DNA of 64,000 nt from Chrysomallon squamiferum. Lineage: Eukaryota > Animalia > Mollusca. The notes beneath the pieces were generated by a model, which was given only the letters and a program-made list of their open reading frames with translations, ran no database searches and was not told the DNA's origin. The translations under genes and the position numbers were made by a program. The DNA lies in contig CM022665.1 in the NCBI GenBank assembly GCA_012295275.1, positions 22,878,001-22,942,000 on the forward strand, in the 5' to 3' direction. The stretch's first letter is position 1, and every line of letters begins with the position of its first letter. Shown here piece by piece: positions 13,780 through 28,312 of the stretch.

Positions 13780-14104
13780 CTAGCTCATGAACAAACATTT
13801 CACACCGGCAATTCAACTGGCGACACATTTCGACAGAGGAAGTTACAACTACGTGTCATAACCGTGAACATTTTCTTTTTTTGTGTCGCGTATTATCAAA
13901 TGGTTTGAGTAAATATCGTTTATGAAAAGGAGAAGTACCCGCGCCTACCTGTATGAATCGTGTCGGGGGTATATGTTGTCGAGCTCATTTGAACAATGAA
14001 CTGTCAAAGCAGACAACTTTTATATATCATGCGTTTGGTGCCTCGCTGATTCTGTTTGACCCATTCCTTTACTGGAGCGAAATATCTGAACATACTGTGA
14101 ACAG
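13780..14104 (+). other. Candidate upstream (5' UTR) exon of gene A
   Basis: GC/CpG-richer island ending in the strong donor CAG|GTGAGG; gene A's first coding exon starts with an acceptor, so an upstream exon must exist. The 5' boundary is uncertain. Confidence 0.35.
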
Positions 14105-17100
14105 GTGAGGTTTGTTGAGATAATTGTACTGTCGAGCTACGGACGTGTTCGCACGAAGGAGATATATCTGTGGAATGCACAGAACAAAATATAATATTAT
14201 ATTGCTTTAATTTTACTAGCCTCGTCTGTGATGTGGAATTATTTGAACATGTGGAATTATACTTTTGATAATCATACGATATGTTACATCGTTCATTAAT
14301 TCTTTTCAGCTGTTATCTTCTTTCTGGCTTTCTGTCTGCCATCTTTCTGTATCCCATCCATCCTATTCTCTCTCATTTTAAACATCTTTTTCACTTTTGT
14401 CGATGAATGAAACTACAGAACGTTAGCATTTCCTTTCCTTTATTTTATTTTAAAAGTGTATTACATATATGATGAAATATAATACCATAGTAGTTATATT
14501 TATTACTAAAATATTTTATTTATAATAATTATGTAGGCTACATTCAGACACATAAATATAAAAAACATTCCAATCAAATAATTTTTACTTATTTTGATGT
14601 ACATAAGTATATATAATTTTTTTTTTTTTTTTTTTTTTGAAACTTCCCTTGTGTTTACAGGAATCTGAGTGCATAATAATCATAAAATTTCATACATGGA
14701 CGCACACACACACACAAACGCGCGCGCGCGGACTAACCCGCACATATTTATGAAAACAATACCCCCAAAACCAAACAACCAAATATTAAAACTGTTTTGT
14801 TTTTTTCTTCCAAAACTAATTCCTGTTTTTTAATCACGGTAAACCAAGGACGAAGATTATTGGTATAAATACATCTGACATTTATCGTGTCAAGAAGTAA
14901 GGTGCCTTGTTTATTGGCTATAAATCTGTCTATCCTGGCATTTGGCGTGTGCAGAGGAATATTCTTTATGTTAAGCGCGTGTTTTACGACAGAAGACGCT
15001 TGTCTCAGTTTTGATGACTTTCAGCGATTGTATGAAAAACTAACGTTAACTGATACTACCTGACATTTACATTTTTAATCTGAACGTTCAAGTCAAGCTG
15101 TGTTATAATTAACAGTTATTACTTTATCGTGGTTATTTTCGCCATAGTCTATATACCTTTTATATTGCAGGGACATATTAAACCAGTTTCTGGAACGTTC
15201 TAACACAAAGCACGCACGTACGCACGCAGACACTCACGCATATATACATTTACACACATACGTACATACATAACATACACACATACACACAATCTACATA
15301 TACATTCACACGCAAATAAATGTTCTTGTTCTTCTATTCTTCGTGTCGTTACTGAAGTATTTTTTGAAAACAGGATTGTTACACGCTTGAATACGACTTT
15401 CTTGTGTCCACAAAGATTTCTGGTTTTGTTTTTCCTCGAAGTTTTCATTTCTCCAGGGAGTACTAACTACACGATCAATGCTTACAAGATAATCATGATT
15501 TGATTGTTAAAAGTTAACGATGTCGGAAACTAATTGTCTACAACTCTAATTAGCGGACCTATTATTCACATTTACAACGTTTATTTATATTATCACAGTA
15601 ATTTCGGCTTGCAATTATTTGTTAAGGGTTTTTAAATTTCATAATACAGCAAAATTCGACGAATTATGTGGAAAGTATTCGTTATTAGATACTTAAAATA
15701 TGGAGGTGTGAACGTTCGTACTCAGTTATATGGTTGTGGCTTTGGATAGTCTTTCTATCTGTTTGCGTACTGGGCAATTTCCCTTTCCAACCAGAGCTCA
15801 AAGACTAAACTATGTTGTTGTCAGTCGAAGCAAGTCCTTATGTAACCGGCATCTTAATACTTCTCCGATATCGTCATTAAACACACACGCACACACACAC
15901 ACACACACACGCACATATGTATATTATATTTTATTATTAAAGGGATCTATAACATGCTTTAGTAATAAAATGTGACAACATACCCATAAATTGTTTTTCT
16001 TTGCCAGATATTATTATAAATTACCACATCGATAATGTTATTTGAATTATAACGGCATGTTCCATCAATACTCATAATTTGATAAAATTATATGAAAGTT
16101 CAAAACATTTCAGACATTTCATTGATAAGCAGGCAAATTTATTATGTATTAAAGATGATCCACATCACTGAAATCCATTGTTAATATTTAAATTATACTG
16201 ATGTCTGGACGTTATGTATGACTAATCAATAATTTATAATTAGAGATATACGTAAGATGAACAAAAGGAAACCAGTTTAATATTCCACAATCAGTAACTG
16301 TTATAAAATATTTCACTGGAAAGTAAATATCTAACTCTAAAATTGTAAAGGTTATCAACGGATAGCATTTTTAAACAGTTGATATGTAAAATATTTCAGT
16401 ATGAACAGTGATTTATACATCTGAAATCAATTTAAAACAGATAAATTATTTTTATTTGAGCAAATGATTATTTTATAAGGAGATGAATATTTGATCAGTT
16501 AAAAGAGATATTTTTGTGAAGAGCAATTTCTATGCATCCATCATTTCATTCATTCATCTTTGTCCTTAGTTATCTACCTCTTTCTCTCTCTCTCTTGCAT
16601 ACACATACTCCAGGTCTCACACACACATATACACAGACAGACGCGCACACACATATACACACATAAGATGCCTGATCAGTATGGATAAGCCACTAATGAT
16701 CGGTCGAACAACAAAGGGAAAGAGAAAATGAATTTCAGTTTCTGTTTTTCTTAGCTAATGATCCACTGGACGCATATGCATGGCCTTGGTCAGTTTTACT
16801 AAGCACCAGCTGGACATAATCAGGGAAATAAATTAAATTATCTTCATTATAAAATATGCATGACGGTCACGATAAATTACAGCTGGCCTTGAAGAAGATA
16901 AGATTCCACATCACCATCAAATTACGAGAATGCGGTTCAAAGACGTTAATCACGGCTTTCCTCTGTTTATCGAGGATCAAAGTATACAAACGTGTATCCG
17001 TGCCTCGTAGCATCTCGTATAATTGGATGCAATGGTGGTGTTATTAATCCGTAAAAGATGTACAGTAATTAAATAAATAAGTCAGTGTTAACAGGAAACA

Positions 17101-18554
17101 TAAGGAAATGTCTTGGACATTATAATAAAAGTATATTTTTGATAGGCTGTTCTCATGAAATATTATATTTCTTGTTCGCTTGATCATATCGGTCTTTAAG
17201 AATTTTATAATGTGAGAAGGCCCTGGTTCGATACCCGACTTTTCCAACTCCATCAGTCCGCGGTATATAATGATTATAAGCAGACGGTCTTTAAAATGGT
17301 AGGAATTCTTACGCCAAATTTTTGCAACATTATAATTATTACCTCCATAGTAGTGCTTACCTGTTTCCATCAGCATCCACTAAGCACATTATTTTTAATG
17401 TTTTTGTTTTGTTTTTGTTGTTTTGTTCTTTCCAAATCGCTGATGAAGACATACTGAGAATATTCTGTGAGAACTTTAAATAGAAATATTGCCAGAAACA
17501 AGTACAAAAATAAATATGTATGTTATGTAAGTGCAGCAGCATGATGATCCCGATCATCAACATGATCATTAATCATCTGTCTTTCATGGCATCACCTTTA
17601 TTAGTTTCTCATACGTATCACACACAAACACACGCCGCATATCATTTTCGCTCTTCATAGCTATTTACATTCTCTGTGTGCTCGGAGCGAAGGTGATTCG
17701 GATTACGGTTTGTGGGAATTGCACACATTTACGAGCATGAACAAATATTTTCTCAGGTATTATCCAGAGTGTATGGAATTCATATTGGCAGACAAACATA
17801 GCAGAATGAGAACAAATAATGTCGCGATGATTGATTTGAAATCTTTGTCCGAGCCACTCAGTAATATACTTCAGACGAGAACACAGCCCAGACAACAGCT
17901 GTGTACATAATTAAACTTAATTATCATATAACACATGGTACATATGCTTATAACAGATACAAATATAAACAGGGTCCGATGCCTTTATAATGTACATCAC
18001 GTGTTTTAATCTTTCGAAACTAAACCGATTTTACGTAATTAACTATTCTTTTCTCCTTTTCTTCTTCTCTTTACACTAAATTTGTAAGATGTGGAGTAAT
18101 TCAGTTATTATTTCGCTACAATTGAATTTGACGTTCAATTGAGACTATTTACTGACATCCCAAGTTGTGCTGTGTGACCAGATCTTTAGATTCAGTAAAC
18201 AGTTCCAAGGCAAATTGATGGCATCAGAACTCCATGACGAACTCACTTTAAGGTCGAGCAGTTTTGTCATGTATCATCGCGTTTGTTTAACTGTTTCGTT
18301 TTGTGGTGATAAGTTTTACACGCATGCACCGAACTCCCTATTGATTTTTTTTTTTTTTACAAGTATTATAATGATCACAGTTTCGGAACTATCGACTATA
18401 ATTAAATAATTCGTTGCAAATTTGTATGACTGAATTAAGTACCCAGACGATATTTATGAGATGGATTAATATTGGTGGTAAAAACATGAAGAACAAACAA
18501 ACAAACAGAGGGAGAGAGAGAGAGACAGACCAATTCAGAAACCAGAACATTAAA

Positions 18555-18594
<40 letters not shown>

Positions 18595-21084
18595 CAAAAC
18601 AACCACAAAAAATAAAAACAGACAAAAAAAAAATAAATAAAAATAAATAAAAAAAAAAAAAAAAAACAAAAAGCAACAAAAAGTATTTTAATGGCAATGA
18701 AAGCTTTTCTTTTCTTTTTTGTGTTCCATATCCTTCATTGTCTTTTATTTAATATCAAACTTACCATGTATATATTATTAATATCCTAACAAATAAAAGT
18801 GTGTATTAGGCATTCATATGAAAAGTACTTGGACAAATAATATGCGAAGAAACGTACTGCGTAGCAAACATTTAGAAATCATTTTCATTATGAAACACAA
18901 AACTCACAAATCTGGGTGAAGTCTTGTATTATTTCGTAGATTCTCATCGACATTTCTGTTTCCACGAAACTCTTTCTGAATCGGCGGTTACCGACATTGC
19001 TAATCATTAAAATATCTACGTGATGAAGCAAACCTTCTGTTCTCGGCGTGCGAATTATATAGATCGGCTTACCTTATCAAATTAATTTTCTCGGATTATC
19101 TAGAGGTACAATCGCAGCGGCTATTTCTGTACTTTGTTCAACAGAACCTTCAAAGTTCTGCTTTAAAGCATCAGCATTTAATCTGCTGGCTTTCTCTTTT
19201 ATCGCGTCTGTATCCCAGCCACATCGATAAGAAAAGCTTCAGAAAAACGAACGATCGCCAAAACTCGCTGATACATTATAGTTCTGAAAGAACAAGTTTA
19301 TCTCGTTTAGCGATCTTACGGGGTCTTAATGTTTACCACCAGTAGATTGGTTCCACGATAAACTTTATCAATATATCAGTCACCGAAATCAATGCAGTAC
19401 GTAGCCCGTTTTCAGAATGAAGAAAAAGAGATGAAAGTGAAGCGATTAATTAAAGCAGTTCAGTATTCTCAGAATTAGAACTTGCAGGAACTAAATGTTT
19501 CACCACTCCTTTGTGAACGGGAATTAGTTGAGGGGAAAAAAGAAATATATCAATGACTAGGACCCTACGTTATTCCTTCTCTGTGTAATGTTCTGAGACT
19601 AACCTGACTCAGAATATCCAAGCTTCGTGCGCTTGAACACAAGAGGATTATAAACATGAAATTGCGGTGACAAGACGTGAATACGAACGCGCCCAGTAAC
19701 AAGCCTTAAAGTCTCTGAACACAGTAACAAAAATATTTACTTTAAAATGCAATTAAGGAAAATCCAGAGCTTTATCTGCTTTTCTCTTGAGGTGTACAGA
19801 AGATAAATGATCGGCAAGCAGGACAAGAAAATTGTTTTTAGATGATAAATAGTTGTCTGTGAGTAACTGTAATGATATACGTGTCTTATTATTTATCCTG
19901 TCTCTTTATCCTTCTCTGTCTTTCTGACTCACACTGCAACCAGAGTGCGCATATTAAAACTAGTACTGTTATACCGAGATCGCAAATATTGTTTTGCAGG
20001 AATATTCACACAATGTCACTGTATGGATTTTCTATTGTTTAAACAAATCCAGTGACATAAACATTGGCTAGAATTTAGTTTCTGTGTACGCGATTGAAGA
20101 TCCACATTCACGTGTGTTTATGTGTGTCTAGATCGAATTTCTCTTTTACAAACACTTCTTTCAATTTCAAAATTTTTACACTTTAAACACGCTAAGGATT
20201 TTTATATGTCAGTTCGACAACATAGTTAAAAACAAACAAAAACAAAAAAAAAAAGAAAAGAAAAAAGACGTAAATATACGAAATCTGCGACTCATCCAAA
20301 CTTCATGGATGTACTGCCAGAAATATCCTAGCTTCCATTTAGAGTTTGTTTGTGCTTATATTATCACCTGTGTCTTGTTTATGTCTACATCGGCAGGTAG
20401 TGTACATTTGCTCAACTGATCCAAGAATAATCTTCAAAATGTCTACATTGCACGAACAGCCGGCCAGGAAACTGCAGATACTCATAGCTTTTACATAACC
20501 GTTCAAATATATTTTCAAAAGATGTGTGAATATAGGATTAGGTTCACAAAGCATGGGATTTTCTTTTCATCAGATTGAGAAAGGGAAATTCTAATGTTGC
20601 GATGAAAATAGTTTTCTGTTATACAAGCTATTTCATGGAGATTAAGAGCAACATGAAATAATTTCAGAATATATTGTTCTTATGATAATTCTATTTATTA
20701 CTCTTTTATTTTATGGTAAGTAATGTATGAATGCAATATATTTTGCTTTCAGTTTCCATTATTTTATACAACAAATTACATTTCAATTTTTTTAACATTT
20801 CGGGATAACAAAACACATTGACATTTGCTTTTACGTAAATGCACATTTGTTTCAATTTATTGTTACATTTAGGAACAATATACGAAAATGTGGTTTTCAT
20901 TTTACTTTTAAGACAAAAACTATAAAGAGTTAACGAAAGCTTTTGTTCATAACATTCTTCAAATATTTACTGGTCTATAGATCGTATAGAAATGCGAATT
21001 GAAAGGAAATAATAGAAATACATTTCGGACTTTTAGACTGTTTCCGAAAGAATAAATAATATGAATAAAAAATAAGCTAATGCT

Positions 21085-21086
21085 AA

Positions 21087-21150
<64 letters not shown>
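21085..21150. repeat. (AAT)n microsatellite
   Basis: Direct inspection. Confidence 0.95.
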
Positions 21151-21153
<3 letters not shown>

Positions 21154-21658
21154 GAAGATAATAAAGAAGAAACAAAACTTATAATAATGAAAAAAATAAA
21201 AAAAATAAAAATAAAGAAAATAAAAAAGAAAAAGAAAGAATGAACAGACAAAGAAAGAACTCGTTTCCACTATCAGCGTACCACCAACATAACTGTCATT
21301 ACATTTATCAAACGTCATAGGTTGCCTGCCACTCGGATTCTATGCGGTTTTCTTGGGAAATTTCCAAGAGTAACATGTTATGAATAGTTTAGGTTGTCTG
21401 ACTGACATATGGACGATAAACCGACCTCACTGCGTGTTATACATCGAACATGTTGACAATAAACCCCCGGCCTATCTGACATCTGTCACCACTGACTTTC
21501 AGAATTCCGCAAGCTCTGTGTTGTATTTTAACTCTGTTTTTCATCGGCGTGTTCCTGCCACTGCAGCTTCCCCACAGTATCACGTAGTTCATGCAGCTTG
21601 GTGTTCAGAGCTATTCCGTGCAACTCTTTTCAGTTTCTAATCTGTGCTGGTGTTAAAA

Positions 21659-21691
<33 letters not shown>

Positions 21692-21884
21692 TAAAAAAAC
21701 CTATAAAAACTATATAAATGATAATAACAGTAATAATAAAATAAAAAAAACCAACAAACAATAAGCAAACTAAAAAATAAATAAAAAATTAAACAAATAA
21801 ATAAATAAATGAAAAGTAAAGCATGACAAAAAGAAAAAGAAAAAATGTAAACGAAAAAAAAAGAAAAAACCAACAATAATAATA

Positions 21885-21918
<34 letters not shown>

Positions 21919-24828
21919 AAGCAAAAAAAAAACAACCAAACAACCAACAACAGCAAAACAAAACAGTTGAAACAAAAACAAACAAACACAAACAAATTTC
22001 AAAACAGAATGCGACTATAATGCATCAACAAAATAAACAATAGTGGAACATATTTTTTCTTCACTGTTAAAAGTAATTATTTATGTGTTTTAGGCTACAG
22101 CTGAATGATCACAACTTATATCTTTTCAGTAAATAAATCAATAAAAACAGAAGAGGCTAAATAACAACAACAACAACAACAAAAAAACAACACCACCAAC
22201 AATAATAATAATAAAATGATTAACCTCATTGTTTTATTCTTGGATATCAAAAACGACATCTTAATGTAATAACAAAACAATAACAGTAATTAATTTTGTT
22301 TTTTTGAAAAAATAGTTTTTCCTTCCGAATTGAGATAAGCAAGAAATGTCCGTACCTCTGTCCATACCAGTCTGATACATTTCTCTTTAGTTGATAGAAC
22401 TTGTACATGAGTCCTTGAACTACTTTCATTGTTTTCAGTCAGTATTGTTCCAAAACTGAAACCACGTGCCAAATGTTTGGTTATTTTATAAACAATTCAG
22501 TATTTATAACGTTCACATGTATAAGCACAAACACGTGACGAATGTGACTCCCGTCAAAAGCGAAATACAATTCAATTTCTTCACTCAAAAAAAGCAAGAA
22601 AAAAAAAGCCGGTTTTTACATACATATAGCATATACATAATTTAATGCTTAATTTCGTTCATGTGCTACTGAATTAAAAAAGTAAAAAAAAGCTTATAAG
22701 CGTTATACAAATAAATTATAATTTATTTTTTATCCTATGGTTTGTTGTACAATAGGTCGTGCACTGTTTTACAAATATTTTTGTCATGTCAACTTTTGTT
22801 TTATTTCTTAAGGTCACATCTATTGATCATGTTTGTTGTGTGTTTTTTTGTTTTTAAAAATCATCAATTAAAAAATTAGTTATCGAAACATCAAACTAAA
22901 TTCTTAATTTATCATTAGTTAGTATTAGAACAAACTAACGTATTCCCAAGCTTATAATTAGGAATAAGGGGTAAAAAAAAAAAAAAAAAAGACATGGACT
23001 TATTATTAAAGTAATAATTATAACTTTTGATAAAGGTCATCCGTCCCTGTCCTATGATCATCATGACAAACAGTATAATGATAAAAACGGACAGCTGGCA
23101 CAATGTTCGGTTAACATGTCTGCCAGTAAATTGAAGTGTAACTGAAGGTTACCACTCCTTACTTCATCTCCAACGATATCTTTTGAAAGGCTGGAATCAA
23201 CGGTATTGTTGTTGGATTATCAACATAGAAGCAATCGCTCGACTAAGCACAACCCATTGACACCAGAAGCCAATACATCCACACTGGTGTTTGCTTTGTA
23301 TTCCGCCTCCGATCGATGTGCACTCGATGTATCGACTGGTCTCAAGCGGTCTGGAGATGGATGGCTTTCGGAATGCAGTTTGGAGCAAATTGACTCCATT
23401 GTGCAACTTTGCCGCAGAATGCAGCGTGTCACACACTTCCGACGATCAATCAGCGCGAACTCTTTTATTTTTGTCTCTTCCCGTTTGTCATTGATTTGCT
23501 CAAGATGATTGTACTGGGAGCATCTTGTATGCTTGCTGATCTATTTAAAAAGATCATCGATGTGGACGTAATACTTTACACATTAGTTAAACGGTGATGT
23601 CAATGCTAAGCCAAACTCAAGGTTGTAAATGTCATAATATCTCACAAGTAAAAAGACAGCATCTTTATACGGAATTACTTTTCAAAGTGTATACGCTTTG
23701 ATTTTACAATTACAAAACTGTTGTATTAAGGTAATCCGGTCTTTTGAGGAGGGAAAATGTAAAAAAAAAAGAAGAAAAAAAGTTTAATTTTCTAAAACTG
23801 AAAGAGCTTAGCAACCATGAATATCACCGAGGATTAAGTATGAGTCGGAAAGAAAGGTAATGGAGAGATTTAACTCGACATTTTGGAGTCATAATAATAT
23901 GAAATATTTGAATTAATCAGATCAAGTTATTACGTAAGGTGTGGTAATTTTCTTTGATATTTCAGTGATGTAATTATAATATAAAGATATTAAGCTTTAT
24001 GGATTTTTGGTGCAGCTGGTATCAAAGCGAAAGTGTGCGTGTGAGAAATGATTATAAGATACTAATAAAATAAATACATGCAGGAACTGATGACAATCAT
24101 CGGGGACACACATGCTTTGAAGGAAATGAAATAATGTATGAACGTGCGAAGAGAAATAAAACGAATTTCAAGAATGGAAATGAAAATTAACACTAGCAAT
24201 GAAAACGCAGAAAGCCGTTTCATTATAAACATTTTAATATCACAGTTTTAGTTTCAGTGACGTCTATTTTGAATCAAGCTGCGTCAGATTTGTTTTGTCC
24301 TTCTTATCTGATTTCAACATATTTATTTTGTGCGGATGTAATTTCAATTGCGTAATTGCTTTAAGAACCATTATCCTTGTACAGCAGGAAAAAGCCCATC
24401 AGCTTACAGCTCGATTTCTAACATCGCCTCCTTCCACTGATTCTGTGTGCATGGATAGTTTTCTTGAAAGTCCTCTTGAATTTATTTTGATTTTTGGTTT
24501 GAAAGTAAAAGTTACTCATTCATTTTGTTATTTGTGTTTAGCCAAGCTTCTAAATTGCAGTAATTTAATTTTTCGTTCTAAATCTAAATTAAATTTATGC
24601 TGAGATGAATGTCTTTTTAACAAATCTCGCAAACAGTTGATAAATTGGATAAGACATTGAGATATTGCATGCAGTGGTAACGAATGATTATATAAATAAT
24701 CGACGATGTTTATTTTATAAAGATTATCTTGTCTACTAGTTTTAATATTTAGTTAGAGTTTCAGGAATTGGTAACTGCATTTGTGTGAATGTTTTACTTT
24801 ACTTTCTTCATTATTTTGTGTTTTCAGC

Positions 24829-24843
24829 ATGAGACTCCTCTGA
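24829..24843 (+). promoter_or_regulatory. 4-codon uORF (MRLL*) at exon base +2, ending 12 nt before the gene A ATG
   Basis: cag|c ATG AGA CTC CTC TGA ccagccttgctg ATG; same layout in the paralog. Confidence 0.7.
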
Positions 24844-24855
24844 CCAGCCTTGCTG

Positions 24856-25208
24856 ATGCTGACCACGCCGTTTCCGTATATCTTTGACCTGCTGATGGCA
24901 GAGTTGAAGCTCGATCCTATCCTCCAGGCGTTTTGGGAAAGATTTCCTTGCCCTCCGCCATGGAACACGGGACTTCTAGAGAAAGTCAACTGGACAAGCT
25001 GCATGGCTCCAGGCATAGGCAGACAGGTGAAATTACTTATGGTGGACAAGTGTAAATATGACATCGAGTTTGAAAGCGGTGGGGCGCTAGACAGTGGCGA
25101 GAGGATGACTGCAGAGACCTGCACGACTCCTTGTCAGGTTATGATAGCACTGGCTGGTCTTCTCGTTCTCATCGCTGTAATGACAGTGGTTGTCTTCTTC
25201 AAATTCAG
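24856..25208 (+). CDS. Gene A, first coding exon of an uncharacterised single-pass membrane protein (ectodomain + TM helix); exon begins at 24828
   Basis: Polypyrimidine tract + ttttcag acceptor ending 24827; ORF MLTTPFPYIFDLLMAELKLDPILQAFWERFPCPPPW...VMIALAGLLVLIAVMTVVVFFKFR; phase-2 donor AG|GTGAGA after 25208; 34/56 ungapped aa identity with the paralogous exon at 62473-62837. Start could alternatively be the conserved MAE Met at 24895. Confidence 0.9.
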
Positions 25209-26668
25209 GTGAGAATTACATTTTTCCGCATTTGAATTTTAATATCACACTGCGTTCAGAATATTGAATTTTAGTAGTAGTTCGGGTTGTATTAGGAAAT
25301 AAAAAAAATATTCAAATAAAACTGTTTTCCCCTGATAAAGAAATGTAAAGGTTTTAATGTAATTGGTTCAGCTGACAACAAAGACTGTGTCAACTGAGCT
25401 ATATTCATAATTAAACATGCTATAAACCACCGCTGGGTGCAATTAAAAAACATTCAATAAGTTCCATGTTCTAGCAAATGGATTTTTAAAAAGTATTTCC
25501 ATAAATAATGGGACAAAAACTGCAGTTTCTAAAAGGTCAAAACTGTTAATAATTTGCAGTTGTGTCAATGTATTGTTCTTGAGAGTCATTATGGGGAAAA
25601 AATTGACACAATCTGATTATGAAATTAACAGTAACAGTCTGTTATTGTGTTTCACATAGTCATTGTCGCGCTCTTAATAAAGCTATGACGAGCACTTGAA
25701 TGACCATGTGGGAAAAGCAAAAAAGAGAGAAAAAAAGAAGACTGACACTAGGATTGAAGTCAGCTGTTTTGAACATCATTGTGACAGACAGTCGCGACAA
25801 TGAAGAGAAGAACAAATACATTTTCTTTAGCCTGCTTTGATCCCGTCAGTGGTAGAACAGTGAAGGACTTCACATTGGACAAGACAAAGTAATGACATGC
25901 GAAATGCGACACTTCACGAGCTTTCGATTTCTAAGCATCGAGTGGAATGTACCTGTCACTTTCCATGATTTTTTCTCTCGCACTCTTCCCAGCTTGGATT
26001 ATCTCGAGCATCTATTCACGACATGCCCTTGATTGATCCCAGATCCACGCAGACACTTTTAACTAGGTCCAGAGTAGCCAGATGAGCTGTCGTGGATAAA
26101 GTTTGATTAACGGACAACGCGCCGCCGCACGGGAGTTCAGCTTGGTGAATTATGCATAAAGGCTATGGTCTTATGGCAGTGATGGAGATCTCCATGTTGA
26201 TATAGGATTCTGTTTAGGGTGGGTCGAGGACATGAGTGTTGTTATGGAAAGTGGATAAAAACTACGTGTCTGAGATGAAACCCTTTATTCCACCCACCTC
26301 CCTCTTTTTGGTAATTTTGTGGCACAGTTATCCCGGAAACAAAAACAACAAAAAAAAAAAAAAAAAACAAGACAAATTAGCTGCAGACTACATTTCTTTC
26401 CTTTCTTTTTTTTTAAATTTATAATTGCAACATATAAAAAACACAACACACTAATAGTAACAAAACAGTAGACTACATAAATCTATGTTACACGTGTAAT
26501 TTAGAAAGAAAATGTGACAGTGACAAATACGTGTTAATTTAATTGGATTTTAAACGGAAGCACACTTTCATTGATATTTACCAGATAATCTAATGCTTCA
26601 CTTTCTGTTTTCTTCTTTACATATGAGCTAATTTAAGATAAATAAATAATTTTACCACTTAAAAAAAA

Positions 26669-26708
<40 letters not shown>

Positions 26709-28260
26709 AAGAAAAACAACATGGAAGAGAAAAACTTAAAGAAGAGAAACAGAAATGTAAGGTTAAAATAACATGGAACATGCTTCTTAGTTAATTTACT
26801 TAATGTTCAGCCGACATAGGAACGATTCGTGTGATATACAAAACTGTTAATAAAAACCTTTTAGTGTTTGTATAATTTGTTAAAACTATGTATGTTGATT
26901 ATTAATTACCTTACTTTTGTTTTAATATATATCATCTGATCTGTATCTCGCGATGATTTGCTATAAGACGATCATATAAAAAAACATACTTAGAATACAA
27001 ATATTAGTCTTCAAAATCTAACCTCTGCCCTCAAGAAGAATAGAATGAGCACAAACATTCGCATGTGCAGATTAATGCAAACAAATCTTTCCACATCTCT
27101 CGTTGTGAAGCTCTTGTTATTACATCCCTGGAGCCTTTTAGTCTTGTTTAAGTACATAGATAACCAGAGTATGGACAGACAGACGCACTGGAGGGTGTAA
27201 TTATCATTGTTGGCACTATTATAATTATAGATATTGACATACGGCTGGACCAGGCCAAAGTGTCACCTTGAGTTCATCCCAACAGTTTACTCTGTCAATA
27301 TCGATACAAATCCGCTATGATAATATTACTAGAGGCAAAGTTTGCTTTCATGTCGGCGACAAGACTTCACGAATTGGACGTGCAGTGGTGTAATGAATTG
27401 ATAGTTCATACATGCTGGAAGTAGCTGGAATAATATGTTTCAATTATACAGTTGACGTTAGGTATTAGAGTTCACGCTTCGCACGAACACCGGCGTAATA
27501 AAATGTTGGTTTAAAAGACAGAACGTGCAATTAGTGCATGAGTAATTTTGACACAAGACGAAGGATTTTTAACTGTCGTTTTTTTTTTTTTTTTTTGTTG
27601 GCTTTAAATGTTAGACTGCACACTGAAACAGTTTTAATTATTACAAGCCAATAGTAAAATAAATAAATAAATATAATGAGAGAGAAAAAAAAAATATATA
27701 AAATTAAAAACCATTAATAAGAGAGAGAAAAAAAAGAAGTCCCACAAATAAGCAAACAAAAATAAGAAATAATAATTTGACGTAAACGCATATTTCCGGT
27801 GTTTACCTGAAAGAAACGTAAATAATGTCGTAACTATAACATAATTATGTTTCAGTGAGGCATAATTAGCGATTTTTTCTTTCTTGTTTATGATTTCCAA
27901 ATGGTGCGTTAATGATTTGAAACCAGAATATTCACATATGGGATGTCTACCAATATAAACAAACGCTATTTTCTCGTGCTGGAAGTAACAGGAATCTTCA
28001 GAATGTGTAGACGTATGTTTCAATATGCGCTGAACGAAGACAATGACGTCCACGTGTTTTGCACACATCGGTGTTCTCGGCTATTAGTTTACACACAGCA
28101 AGTTTCTCTGAAATGTCAAATAAATTCCTTGTATCACATGTCTCTACATGTTTCTTATTACGGAAGTGTTTTTAAAATAATTATATAATATAAAAAAGAA
28201 TATAAAAAAAGATATATGCAGATTTAAACAAGCCCCCCCCCCAAAAAAAAAAAAAAAAAA

Positions 28261-28312
<52 letters not shown>

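Noticed and set aside
17180-17245. tRNA-like B box GGTTCGATACC (similar minus-strand boxes near 8225, 26035, 43010)
   Set aside because: No cloverleaf or acceptor stem; at most decayed SINE heads.
23197-23597. Cluster of overlapping 60-100 aa ORFs upstream of gene A
   Set aside because: No recognisable protein features or paralogous counterpart; GC-richer non-coding or UTR sequence explains it.
24829-24858. In-frame TGA as selenocysteine/readthrough giving a signal-like MRLL*PALLML N-terminus
   Set aside because: In paralog B the equivalent uORF is out of frame (11-nt spacer), and I saw no SECIS-like hairpin; a uORF explains both copies.
24753-25124. Antisense ORF resembling ORF 62488-62868 (VQLTxS...FHGGG.G)
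   Set aside because: Shadow frames of the conserved sense exons; the similarity is a consequence of sense-strand conservation.
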